Program-made: the position numbers and the translations under genes | Source of the DNA: an uncultured Actinomycetota bacterium | GTDB taxonomy: Bacteria; Actinomycetota; Actinomycetes; JAHEKZ01 | Direction of reading: 5' to 3' | Assembly (NCBI GenBank): GCA_963743915.1 | Contig: CAVURN010000001.1 | Coordinates: 512,001-576,000, forward strand | DNA length: 64,000 nucleotides | Shown: piece by piece, positions 1-8,248 of the stretch | How the letters are laid out: every line of letters begins with the position of its first letter | Position numbering within the stretch: position 1 is the first letter of the stretch | The notes under the pieces: generated by a model | Database searches by the model: none | Told to the model about the DNA's origin: nothing | Seen by the model: only the letters and a program-made list of their open reading frames with translations

Positions 1-18
1 TCTGGAGATGCGTCATGA
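1..18 (+). CDS. 3' end of upstream gene, probably ECF sigma factor SigR/SigH (partial)
   Basis: Frame ...SGDAS* ends in an ATGA overlap with the rsrA start; identity inferred only from the usual sigR-rsrA gene order. Confidence 0.4.
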   Translation, partial: SGDAS

Positions 19-311
19 GCAATGGCGACGCCCACGAGCTCGACTGCTCCGACGTCGTGGAGGCGGTGTACCTCTACCTCGACGGGGAGCTGGCGACCGA
101 GGCGATCGAGGAGATCAAGCAGCATCTCGACGAGTGCTCGCCCTGCCTGCGCGAGTACGGCGTCGAGCAGGAGGTCAAGTCCCTCATCGCCAGGAGCTGC
201 TGCGAGTCGGCCCCGGAGCAGCTGCGGGTAGCGATCCAGCAGCGGCTCGAGGTCGTCCGGACGCAGATGTCGTACACCGAGGTCACCACCTACCGACCCC
301 TGACCGACTGA
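15..311 (+). CDS. rsrA: Zinc-binding anti-sigma factor RsrA/RshA (mycothiol system)
   Basis: ZAS motif C-x..HLDECSPC, YLDGE, SCCESAPEQLR; 98 aa. Confidence 0.92.
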   Translation: MSNGDAHELDCSDVVEAVYLYLDGELATEAIEEIKQHLDECSPCLREYGVEQEVKSLIARSCCESAPEQLRVAIQQRLEVVRTQMSYTEVTTYRPLTD

Positions 312-335
312 GCGGGTCCCCCCGTTCGGCGATCG

Positions 336-410
336 TCAGGCGGTGGGGCGGTTGCCGTGGTTCGCGCTCTTCTTCTTGCGGTCGCGGCGCTTGCGGGCGC
401 GCTTGCTCAT
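336..410 (-). CDS. 50S ribosomal protein bL37
   Basis: Not in ORF track; reads MSKRARKRRDRKKKSANHGNRPTA (24 aa) with AGGAG RBS; matches the actinobacterial bL37 pattern and its position next to rsrA. Confidence 0.9.
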   Translation of the reverse strand: MSKRARKRRDRKKKSANHGNRPTA

Positions 411-485
411 GATCACTCCTGGTCGTCGGGGGCAGCCGCACAGCGGATGATCGCGGCGGCGACCCCATGATTCCACACGCGACGC

Positions 486-1181
486 TCAGGGACCCAGCCG
501 ACGGTTGACGGCGGCGAGCACGGCCCGCGCCACCGCATCGGTCTCGTCACCTCGCACCACCGCGCTGCCCGCCACTGACTGCGCACCGAGACGGGGCACC
601 GAAAGCGTGAGCACGACCAGCGCGACGGCGTGTGATCCGGTCTCGACGACGGCGGCACTCTCGACCGCTGCCGGGATACCGAGCAGCTCGTCGAGCGCAC
701 TCATCGTGGCGGACGCCACCAGGCGCGGGCGGGCGCTGGCGGCAGCGGCTCCGCGCTCGATCCCCACGAAGGTGTCACCGTCGAGGGTCAGGCGGACCTC
801 GACCTCGATCTCGGCGCCGGTGCTGCGCACGCCGATCTCGGTGATCTCGGGACGCGCCTGCGCCTCGATCTCCTCGAGCACCTGCACCGTCTCCTCGACG
901 TCCTCGTCACCGGCAGGAGAGGGCTCGAGGACGCTGGTCGCTCCCGGATCGTCCTCGATCTGCACGACGCTGACGATGCGGTGGTCCAGGTCGATGTCGA
1001 ACTGGGCCATCGCCAGCGACTGCACGTCGCGCACGACCTGCTTGGCGGGCTTTCCCGGCGCAGCCAGCACGTGGACCTCGGTGGGGTTCGCCTGGGCATC
1101 GGTGACGACGCTCACGGCGCGGACGCCGGGGATCTGCCGGATCGACTCTTCGAGGTCGGGAAGCAGGCGCAGGCTCGGCAT
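486..1181 (-). CDS. Uncharacterised two-domain protein (N-terminal 'EVHVLA..PAKQVVRDVQS' domain; C-terminal domain reminiscent of the LeuA allosteric domain)
   Basis: Start MPSLRLLPDLE after GAAGGA RBS; protein-like composition; ends DAVARAVLAAVNRRL. Confidence 0.75.
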   Translation of the reverse strand: MPSLRLLPDLEESIRQIPGVRAVSVVTDAQANPTEVHVLAAPGKPAKQVVRDVQSLAMAQFDIDLDHRIVSVVQIEDDPGATSVLEPSPAGDEDVEETVQVLEEIEAQARPEITEIGVRSTGAEIEVEVRLTLDGDTFVGIERGAAAASARPRLVASATMSALDELLGIPAAVESAAVVETGSHAVALVVLTLSVPRLGAQSVAGSAVVRGDETDAVARAVLAAVNRRLGP

Positions 1182-1254
1182 GAAGGTCAGTCCTTCTCGG
1201 GTCAAGGTCATCGTCGGGATCACCGTGGGGGGTCGGGTGTCGGTCATGGGCAGC

Positions 1255-1705
1255 TCAAGGAAGGGTCCCACGGCGGGGGCCGTCAGGAAGCGGGCGGAGT
1301 CCGGCGACGAGCAGCCGCCGCGAGTGCAGGTCGACGGGCGGGACGGGCTCGTCGGAGTCGTCAGAGTCGCCGGAGTCGTCGGAGTCGTCAGCAGCCGGGG
1401 CTGCGGTCGCGGCGCGCCCGTCGGCGGTCTCCTGGTCGGGCAGCTCCGCCACGCCCCCGGTGAGCTCCCCCTCGAGGGCCACGAGGGTCGCGGGCAGCAC
1501 CGCTCTGGCATGGTCCACCAGCCGGCGCACGGACTCTCGCTGCAGCCATCGGAGCCGTCGGGCCTGTTCGGGGGTCAGCGACCCCTCGGCGACCGCGGTG
1601 TCCAGCGCGCCGTCGAAGGTGGCGGAAGGGGTCGGGTCGGAGAGGTCGAGCAGGGCCGCGACAAGGTCGGCGTACGCCGCCAGGCCGTCCGGCTTCGGTG
1701 CTCAA
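1255..1705 (-). CDS. Hypothetical protein, apparent frameshift just after the TTG start
   Basis: GGGGAGGGGG RBS then TTG at 1705; shifted frame reads DGLAAYADLVAALLDLSD...LRWLQRESVRRLVDHARAVLP...; acidic DDS repeats. Confidence 0.55.
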
Positions 1706-1870
1706 CGTTCCCCCTCCCCGGTCGTCGGTGCCGATGGTCGGTGCGCCCCCGCTCGACACCCCCGCCCCCCTGCCTGCAGCAGGCTACGGCGTGCGGGAAA
1801 CTGCCCGGGGAGCACTCTCCGGACACATGCTCCGAACGTGTCCACAATGGTCAGGTAGTGCTACAGGTAC

Positions 1871-1886
1871 TAGCCCGTTCGGGCTA
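1871..1886. promoter_or_regulatory. 16-bp palindrome, BldM-box-like operator
   Basis: TAGCCCGTTCGGGCTA; core matches the Streptomyces BldM homodimer consensus TCACcCgnncGgGTGA. Confidence 0.35.
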
Positions 1887-1916
1887 ATCAAGGGCACAAT
1901 TCGGCCGCGAGTGACA

Positions 1917-2154
1917 GCCGTCCTTGACGGCCACACCCGTCACACCCTTCACTTCCGTAGCGGCGGTGCTCGGCCTGACGGACACCGCCGCAGACAACTG
2001 CAGAGGGCGGATCCGGGATCGGCAGCGGGTGAGGAGGCTCGGAGCGGGCGCGAGACGCCCTGCTCCCACAGCTTCAACGCGCACGAAATCCCGTTCACAG
2101 GGATCAACTTCGAAGCGGAGCGGATGCTGCGCGAGCCATTCAGCGGGGCTCGCG
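1917..2154 (+). ncRNA. Candidate structured 5' leader / cis-regulatory RNA
   Basis: Five stem-loops at 1917-1931, 1960-1991, 2041-2066, 2088-2104 and 2130-2154 in a non-coding stretch before the small ORF. Confidence 0.35.
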
Positions 2155-2184
2155 ACATCACGTGCGAGGGGTGATTCCCACAAC

Positions 2185-2250
2185 ATGAGCAAGGTTGTTT
2201 CCGCGGTAGAGCGTTTCCTGTCCAGCGGCGCTGGTTGGTCGTGGCACTAG
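2185..2250 (+). CDS. 21-aa small peptide MSKVVSAVERFLSSGAGWSWH
   Basis: ATG at 2185, GAGGGG upstream, TAG at 2248-2250; lies 56 bp upstream of the HD-GYP gene. Confidence 0.65.
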   Translation: MSKVVSAVERFLSSGAGWSWH

Positions 2251-2306
2251 AGACTCGTCGGCTGCCGGTCCCGGATCCTCCCTCACTTCCCCCAGGAGTC
2301 GCTGGT

Positions 2307-3746
2307 ATGCAGCAGCTGCGTCGCGCAGCGGTCGTGTACGTGGCCGTCGTCACGGCTGCCGCGGTCGCTGCGCTGGTTGCTGCCCTCATCGAGGTCACCG
2401 ACAATCCCGATCACCTCGGGGTCGTGGCGGTGCTCGCTCCCATCTTCGTGCTGTCGGTCTACCTCAAGTCGCGGATGACGCAGGAGGTCGACCTCTCGGC
2501 CAACGTGCCCATGCTGATCGCCGCCTACCTGATCGGCGGATGGTCGGTCGCCTGTCTGGTCGGCGTCTCGGCGATCGTGCTCGACCGCCACCGCGCCTGG
2601 TCGCGGCTGCTCTTCAACAATGCCCAGTGGGTGCTGATGGGACTGGCCGGCGGGCTGGTCTACCAGGCCATGGGCGGGAAGCTCATGCAGGACCTCACCC
2701 CCACCGGCTTCACGGAGGATCTGCTGCCGCCGATCATCGTGTCGATCGGGGCCGTCATCGCCGTCAACGCCGCGCTGATGCTCGGGATCCTGGCCTTCCA
2801 GGAGCACATCCGTCCGGCGACGATCCTGCGCAGCATGGTGCTGACCACCGTCGGTCCCTACTTCGCGTACGGACTCCTCGGGCTGCTCATGGCCGTGCTC
2901 TGGTCCATCGGGAGCGGCTTTGCTGCTGTGCTCGTCCTGATCCCACTTCTCGTGGCTCGTTGGGCGTTCGAGCAGTACGCCGAGCAGCGCGTGGCGTACG
3001 AGGCCACCATCCGGTCGCTGGTGCAGGCGGTCGAGACCAAGGACCACTACACCCGTGGCCACAGTGAACGCGTCTCCCGCGCCTCGGTGCTCATCGCGCG
3101 CGTTCTCAGCATGCGCGAAGACCGGGTGGAGGCGCTGCGGTACGCGGGCATCCTGCATGACGTCGGTAAGCTCGGCGTGCCCACGCGGGTGCTGCAGAAG
3201 AGTGGACCGCTCAGCGACCAGGAGTTCGCCGCGATCCAGCTGCACCCGGTGCGCGGCACGGAGATGGTGCGCGGCATCGCCTTCCTGGAGGAGGCGTACA
3301 CCGGCATCCTCCACCACCACGAGCGGCTCGACGGCCGGGGATACCCGAGTGGTTTGTCGGGCGCGGACATCCCCGAGTTCGCCCGGATCATCGCGGTGGC
3401 GGACGCCTTCGACTCGATGACGTCCACCCGCTCGTACCGCGGTGCGCGGGACGTGCCGTCAGCGCTCGAGGAGCTGGAACGCTGCATCGGCACCCAGTTC
3501 GACGAACCGATGGTGCGGGCCCTGATCACCGCACTCGAGCGTGAGCCGTGGACCACTGTTGCAGCCGCCGAGCAGCGTGAGCTGGACGTCGAGCTCGTCG
3601 CCGGCAGCTACGACCACGACGACCCCACGGTCGAGCAGCCCACCGGTCACGACGCCGACGTGGCGGCGGAGGCTGCCCGCGCCGAGGCCCTCGAGCAGAA
3701 GCTTCTCCACGGTCGTGACGTCCTGGACCGGGGGGGCTGGTCATGA
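2307..3746 (+). CDS. Membrane HD-GYP c-di-GMP phosphodiesterase (HdgA-like; multi-TM sensor N-terminus)
   Basis: AGGAG RBS then ATG 2307; ~7 hydrophobic helices, then ETKDHYTRGHSERV, LHDVGK, HPVRG, HHHERLDGRGYP, VADAFDSMTSTRSYR. Confidence 0.93.
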   Translation: MQQLRRAAVVYVAVVTAAAVAALVAALIEVTDNPDHLGVVAVLAPIFVLSVYLKSRMTQEVDLSANVPMLIAAYLIGGWSVACLVGVSAIVLDRHRAWSRLLFNNAQWVLMGLAGGLVYQAMGGKLMQDLTPTGFTEDLLPPIIVSIGAVIAVNAALMLGILAFQEHIRPATILRSMVLTTVGPYFAYGLLGLLMAVLWSIGSGFAAVLVLIPLLVARWAFEQYAEQRVAYEATIRSLVQAVETKDHYTRGHSERVSRASVLIARVLSMREDRVEALRYAGILHDVGKLGVPTRVLQKSGPLSDQEFAAIQLHPVRGTEMVRGIAFLEEAYTGILHHHERLDGRGYPSGLSGADIPEFARIIAVADAFDSMTSTRSYRGARDVPSALEELERCIGTQFDEPMVRALITALEREPWTTVAAAEQRELDVELVAGSYDHDDPTVEQPTGHDADVAAEAARAEALEQKLLHGRDVLDRGGWS

Positions 3747-5038
3747 GGTCCACATGGGCGCAGGAGTTCTCCGGCGGCTCGGTGCTCGTCGTCGTGGGCG
3801 GCCTGCTGCTGGCGGTGGCGGGGGTGGCCTCCGCGGCCACCGGGGACATCGTGGATCCCACGATCGCCGTCGGCTTCGGCGCACTGATCGCCCTGGGTGA
3901 GCTGGTGCGCGTCAACCTTCCGGGAGACCGCTCCGCAGCACCACTCGGGGCAGCGGCGGCCCTGGCCTACGCCCTGCTCGGATCCTTCCGACAGCTCAGC
4001 GGCACGGTAGAGCAGACGGAGTACGGCGTCCTCCAGGTCGTCGCCGTCTGCACCATCGCCGTCATCGTGGGTGCCGTTCCGCACATGGCGGTCGGGCATC
4101 CGCCACGGCTGGAGTCGTTGGCGCGCCGCGTGCTCGTGGCCGGCCTGGCCGCGCTGCTGTTCCGACCCCTCTACACCAACGGCAAGCTGGAAGGGATCAC
4201 TGACGGCGGCTGGCAGCTGCCCGCTCTCATGCTCGTCATCGTGCTGGTCTGCGGTGTGGCCGACGCGCTGCTCGCCGCGCTCGCGCGCGCCGGCCGCGAG
4301 AGCATGCCGTTCGGCGCGGCGGCGCGTGACGAGTTCCGCGCGCTGCTCGGGATCGGCTCGGCCATCGGCGCGACCGGTGTCCTCATCGCCCTGGCGGCAG
4401 GGGTGATGGGCTTCTGGGCGTTGCCGCTGTTCATGCTGCCGCTGCTGGCTGCCCAGTTCTCGTTCCGGCGGTACGCCAGCATCCGGGCGACCTACTTGCA
4501 GACCATCCGGGCGTTGTCGCGCGTGACCGAGGTCGGTGGGTACACCGAGAGCGGTCACGCGCAACGCGTGGCACGCCTGTCGGTCGCAGTCGGACGTGAG
4601 ATGGGCTTGTCGGAGGCAGACCTCGTCGATCTCGAGTACGCGGCTCTCATGCATGACATCGGGCAGCTCTCGCTCACCGACCCGATCCCCGGAGGTGCGA
4701 CCGTGATGGTCGCTCGCGACGAGCAGCGACGCATCGCCGAGCTCGGCGCCGAGGTGATCCGGCAGACCGGTGTCATGGATCGCGTCGCGCACATCGTGGA
4801 GCAGCAGGCCGAGCCGTTCCGGCGTCCTGGTCAACCCTTCGACGCAAGCGTCCCGGTCGCGAGCCGCATCATCCGCGTGGTGAACGCCTACGACGACCTG
4901 GTGGGTGGCTCCCTCGACACCGATCGACGGATCGCGGCGCTGGACCGGTTGCGGCTCGGAGTCGCCTACGAGTACGACCCGCACGTGGTCGATCTCGTCA
5001 GTCGCGCGGTCGAGCGCACCATGCTGGTCGACGCCTGA
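3743..5038 (+). CDS. Membrane protein with degenerate HD-GYP domain (HdgB-like)
   Basis: ATGA overlap; multi-TM N-terminus; GHAQRV and MHDIG retained, but HHE and GYP replaced (VEQQAEPFRRP). Confidence 0.88.
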   Translation: MRSTWAQEFSGGSVLVVVGGLLLAVAGVASAATGDIVDPTIAVGFGALIALGELVRVNLPGDRSAAPLGAAAALAYALLGSFRQLSGTVEQTEYGVLQVVAVCTIAVIVGAVPHMAVGHPPRLESLARRVLVAGLAALLFRPLYTNGKLEGITDGGWQLPALMLVIVLVCGVADALLAALARAGRESMPFGAAARDEFRALLGIGSAIGATGVLIALAAGVMGFWALPLFMLPLLAAQFSFRRYASIRATYLQTIRALSRVTEVGGYTESGHAQRVARLSVAVGREMGLSEADLVDLEYAALMHDIGQLSLTDPIPGGATVMVARDEQRRIAELGAEVIRQTGVMDRVAHIVEQQAEPFRRPGQPFDASVPVASRIIRVVNAYDDLVGGSLDTDRRIAALDRLRLGVAYEYDPHVVDLVSRAVERTMLVDA

Positions 5039-5053
5039 CCTGCCCACAGTCCT

Positions 5054-5770
5054 TTGACAGAGTTCCTGCTGCTCGCTGCGGCGACGGCAGCGGCCGGGAT
5101 GCTCAGCGCCGTCACCGGGTTCGGTGGCGCTGTCATCGTGACTCCCCTCTTCGTGGCGGTCCTGGGTGTCCGAGATGCCGTCGCAGTCCTGACCGTCGTC
5201 CAGCTCGCGAGCAACGTGAGCCGTGTCGCCTTCAACCGCCACGACGTGGACCGGTCGATCGTGCTCGCCTTCAGCGCTGGCGCCGTGCCCGCCGCGGTGG
5301 TCGGCTCGTTGCTCTTCGCCGTCGCCCCCGTGCCGGCCCTGGTGCGGGCCGTCGGCGTCTTCCTGCTGGTCGCCGTGGTGTGGCTGCGGCTGGCCCCGTC
5401 GATGCCTCGGCTCGGCGGTCCGGCGTTCGCGGGGCTCGGGGCCGCGTCCGGACTCGGTTCGGCGCTGGTGGGCAGCGTCGGCCCGTTCGTGGCCCCCTTC
5501 TTCCTCTCTCAGGGGTTGGTGCGCGGCGCGTACATCGGCACCGAGGCCGCGTCCGCTGTCGTCATGCACCTGGTCAAGCTGGTCGTCTACGGAGCCGTGG
5601 CCGTGCTGACGACGAGCGGTCTGCTGTACGGTCTGGCGCTCGCACCGGCGAGTGTGGCGGGATCGTGGATGGGACGTCGCGTGGTCGATCGCATGCCGGT
5701 CGCCGTCTTTCGCGCCGTGGTGGAGGTCGGCCTCGTGGTGGCGGGGCTGCTCCTGATCCTGCGCGGATGA
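5054..5770 (+). CDS. Sulfite exporter TauE/SafE family protein
   Basis: AGMLSAVTGFGGAVI, GSVGPFVAPFF; ~8 TM. Confidence 0.85.
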   Translation: MTEFLLLAAATAAAGMLSAVTGFGGAVIVTPLFVAVLGVRDAVAVLTVVQLASNVSRVAFNRHDVDRSIVLAFSAGAVPAAVVGSLLFAVAPVPALVRAVGVFLLVAVVWLRLAPSMPRLGGPAFAGLGAASGLGSALVGSVGPFVAPFFLSQGLVRGAYIGTEAASAVVMHLVKLVVYGAVAVLTTSGLLYGLALAPASVAGSWMGRRVVDRMPVAVFRAVVEVGLVVAGLLLILRG

Positions 5771-5822
5771 GGCAGCGGAGGGTGCGTGGTTGGATGGAGC
5801 GTCGCGCGGGAGGGAGTGTCAG

Positions 5823-6038
5823 GTGACCGAGCAGATCCGGGCCGAGATGGTGGCCAACGTGATGTCCCTGCTCGTGTCCGACGGAGACCTGGTCGAGCCC
5901 GGTCAGGCCGTGGTGATCCTCGAGTCGATGAAGATGGAGATCCCGGTCCTGGCCGAACGCGGGGGGACGGTCGTCGCGGTCTCGGTCAGCGAAGGTGAGG
6001 TCGTCCAGGAGGGCGACGTCATCGTGGAGCTGAGCTGA
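5823..6038 (+). CDS. Stand-alone biotin/lipoyl carrier protein
   Basis: LESMKMEIPV biotinylation motif; GGAGGGAG RBS. Confidence 0.9.
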   Translation: MTEQIRAEMVANVMSLLVSDGDLVEPGQAVVILESMKMEIPVLAERGGTVVAVSVSEGEVVQEGDVIVELS

Positions 6039-6063
6039 CCCCGAAGGACTAGCCCGCCCGGCC

Positions 6064-6090
6064 TAAAGGTCGGCCCCGGTGGGGTCGAAG
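6064..6090 (+). promoter_or_regulatory. Putative sigma28 (WhiG/FliA)-type promoter for pilT
   Basis: TAAA-N16-GTCGAAG ending 8 bp before the GTG start. Confidence 0.45.
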
Positions 6091-6098
6091 CCTCCCTC

Positions 6099-7298
6099 GT
6101 GGAGACCTCTGAGTTCACAACCGACGCCCTCGGGAGCGCCGACGTCATGGATGTCGACCTCCCCGAGTCCGCTGCCGACCCCCTGCCCGCGCCGGCACAG
6201 ACCCAGCAGACGGGGCCGCTGTCGGTCGAGCCCTACCTCCGTGCGCTGGTCGAGGTGGGTGGCTCGGACCTGCACTGCAAGACCGGGTCGCCGCCACGGG
6301 TCCGGATCGATGGTCGACTGCGCAAGCTGCAGGCCCCGACCCTCACCGCCACCGACACCGAGCACATGGTCGGTGAGGTGCTGCGGGACCGTCCCGACCT
6401 CTGGCAGGAGTTCCTGGCGACCAACGAGGCGGACTTTGCGCACTCGATCCCCGGCGTCGGCCGCTTCCGCGTCAACGCCTTCCGGGCGCGTGGCTCAGCG
6501 GGGCTGGTCTTCCGCCGCGTCTCCGTCGGGGCGATCGGGCTCGAGGACCTCGGACTGCCGCAGGTCGTGTCCGCGCTGTCCATGGAGCCGCGCGGCCTGG
6601 TGCTCGTGACGGGACCGACGGGCTCGGGCAAGACGACCACGCTCGCGGGCATGATCGACGAGATCAACAACAACCGCGAGGTGCATGTCGTCACGATCGA
6701 GGACCCCATCGAGGTCCTGCACTTCGACAAGCTCTCGATGATCAACCAGCGCGAGGTGAAGCTCGACACCTCCGGCTTCCACACCGCGCTGCGCGCCGCG
6801 ATGCGGCAGGACCCCGACGTGATCCTCGTGGGTGAGATGCGTGACTCCGAGACCGTCAAGGCTGCGCTCGCCGCGGCCGAGACCGGTCACTTCGTGCTGT
6901 CGACTCTGCACACGACGGACGCGGCTGAGACCGTCAACCGCATCATCGACTTCTTCCCGCCGCACGAGCAGAAGCAGATCCGGATGACACTCTCGGAGTC
7001 GCTGCGGGGGATCCTCTGCCAGCGGCTGGTGCCCCGGTCGGACGGGTACGGCCGGTGCGTCACCATGGAGGTCCTCGTCAACACCGGCCGGATCGCCGAC
7101 GCCATCGCCGACCCCGAGAAGACCGGCACGATCACCCAGCTGATCAGCGAGGGCTCGTACTACGGGATGCAGACCTTCGACCAGCACCTGGTCTCGCTCA
7201 TCCGAGACGGCGTCATCACGCTGGAAGCGGCGATGCTGGCGTCGAGCAGCCCGCACGACCTCACCGTCGAGCTGCGTCGCCTGGGCCTGGTGGCCTGA
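6099..7298 (+). CDS. pilT: Type IV pilus retraction ATPase, PilT/PilU family
   Basis: GSDLH, GRFRVNAFR, GPTGSGKTTT, TIEDPIE, RQDPDVILVGEMRD, TGH..STLHT, GMQTFDQHL. Confidence 0.92.
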   Translation: METSEFTTDALGSADVMDVDLPESAADPLPAPAQTQQTGPLSVEPYLRALVEVGGSDLHCKTGSPPRVRIDGRLRKLQAPTLTATDTEHMVGEVLRDRPDLWQEFLATNEADFAHSIPGVGRFRVNAFRARGSAGLVFRRVSVGAIGLEDLGLPQVVSALSMEPRGLVLVTGPTGSGKTTTLAGMIDEINNNREVHVVTIEDPIEVLHFDKLSMINQREVKLDTSGFHTALRAAMRQDPDVILVGEMRDSETVKAALAAAETGHFVLSTLHTTDAAETVNRIIDFFPPHEQKQIRMTLSESLRGILCQRLVPRSDGYGRCVTMEVLVNTGRIADAIADPEKTGTITQLISEGSYYGMQTFDQHLVSLIRDGVITLEAAMLASSSPHDLTVELRRLGLVA

Positions 7299-7388
7299 CC
7301 GAGGCACTCTGCCGCGGCACCGACCCACCGGCTGAAGCCTGTCCGTCCTCGCTCTGCGGGAACTCGCCGATCCGCCTAGCCTGACGCC

Positions 7389-7775
7389 ATGGCGCTCGAG
7401 GTAGGACTTCAGGCGGCGTTGGTCCACACGGTCGCCGCTGACGACACCGCGGAGGCCGTCGGCAGCGGCGACGTACCTGTGCTGGCCACCCCGCGGCTGC
7501 TCGCCCTGGCCGAGGCGGCCTGCATCGCCGGCCTCGGCGACGGGGTGCTGGCAGCCACGAGCACCACGGTAGGCACCCGCGTCGAGCTCGAGCACCTGCT
7601 GGCACTTCGGGTCGGCGAGACCGTCCGGGTGGCTGCCCGCCTCGATCACCTCGACGGGCGGCTGCTCCGCTTCGAGGTGGTGGCCACCGACGACGGGGAC
7701 CGCCTCGTGGGACGGGCGGTCATCACCCGGGTGCTGGTCGACCGCGAGCGTTTCCTGGCCCGGACACGCCACTGA
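7389..7775 (+). CDS. Hotdog-fold thioesterase (FlK-like)
   Basis: GSGDVPVLATPRLLALAE, TVGTRVELEHL. Confidence 0.85.
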   Translation: MALEVGLQAALVHTVAADDTAEAVGSGDVPVLATPRLLALAEAACIAGLGDGVLAATSTTVGTRVELEHLLALRVGETVRVAARLDHLDGRLLRFEVVATDDGDRLVGRAVITRVLVDRERFLARTRH

Positions 7776-7832
7776 CCCGGTGCTCCGGAGAGCAGCCGGG
7801 TCAGTGGAGGGGGAGCGGGTGCCCGCATGGCG

Positions 7833-8003
7833 TCACGAGATCCCGAGGCGGCTCCACGCCAGGGCGTCCTCACGCCAGTCGTCGGAGGGTCCCGGAGGGG
7901 TCGCCGGGCGGTCCTGCCGGATCAGCCGGACGATGGCGAGGGTGACGCCGGCGAAGCTGGCGGCCATCAGCAGAAGCAGGAACAGGGAGCTGAGCGCGTT
8001 CAT
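7833..8003 (-). CDS. Small single-TM protein (56 aa)
   Basis: Not in ORF track; MNALSSLFLLLLMAASFAGVTLAIVRLIRQDRPATPPGPSDDWREDALAWSRLGIS; GAGAGGA RBS. Confidence 0.65.
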   Translation of the reverse strand: MNALSSLFLLLLMAASFAGVTLAIVRLIRQDRPATPPGPSDDWREDALAWSRLGIS

Positions 8004-8022
8004 GGTGGTGTCCTCTCGAAGG

Positions 8023-8166
8023 TCAGGAGTCGTCGGCGAGGCCGAGGAACGTGTCGGTGGACGCGGGGCGCGACCGCCGGTGCGAGGTGCGGACCCGGCG
8101 TCGCCGGGCCGGCGGGGCGGTGGTGAGCAGGTGCAGGGCCACTGGGCTGGGGCTGAACTGGTACAT
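8023..8166 (-). CDS. Possible small leader ORF (47 aa, Arg-rich)
   Basis: MYQFSPSPVALHLLTTAPPARRRRVRTSHRR...; divergent from the AraC gene. Confidence 0.35.
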   Translation of the reverse strand: MYQFSPSPVALHLLTTAPPARRRRVRTSHRRSRPASTDTFLGLADDS

Positions 8167-8246
8167 GGCAGTAAGTTTGCGGGAAGTCAGTTCCTGCCAA
8201 CAGTGGCACTCTTGACATGGTTCGTAAACTTCCTGCCATAATGGCC
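8165..8246. promoter_or_regulatory. Divergent promoter region with repeated TGGCA(G) boxes (probable autoregulatory sites)
   Basis: TTCCTGCCA twice; inverted pairs TGCCAacagTGGCA and GCCATaATGGC; TTGACA 8212-8217; CATAAT 8237-8242, 6 nt before the ATG (leaderless). Confidence 0.5.
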
Positions 8247-8248
8247 CC

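Noticed and set aside
1351-1392. 9-bp tandem repeats
   Set aside because: Encode a low-complexity DDS linker; not CRISPR or regulatory
505-1887. Long antisense/shadow ORFs (also 3647-5569, 30302-32401, 43923-46703 and others)
   Set aside because: Mirror frames of real genes, expected in high-GC DNA; no recognisable motifs
1917-2154. Known c-di-GMP riboswitch
   Set aside because: Class I/II consensus elements not recognisable by eye; kept only as an unknown structured leader
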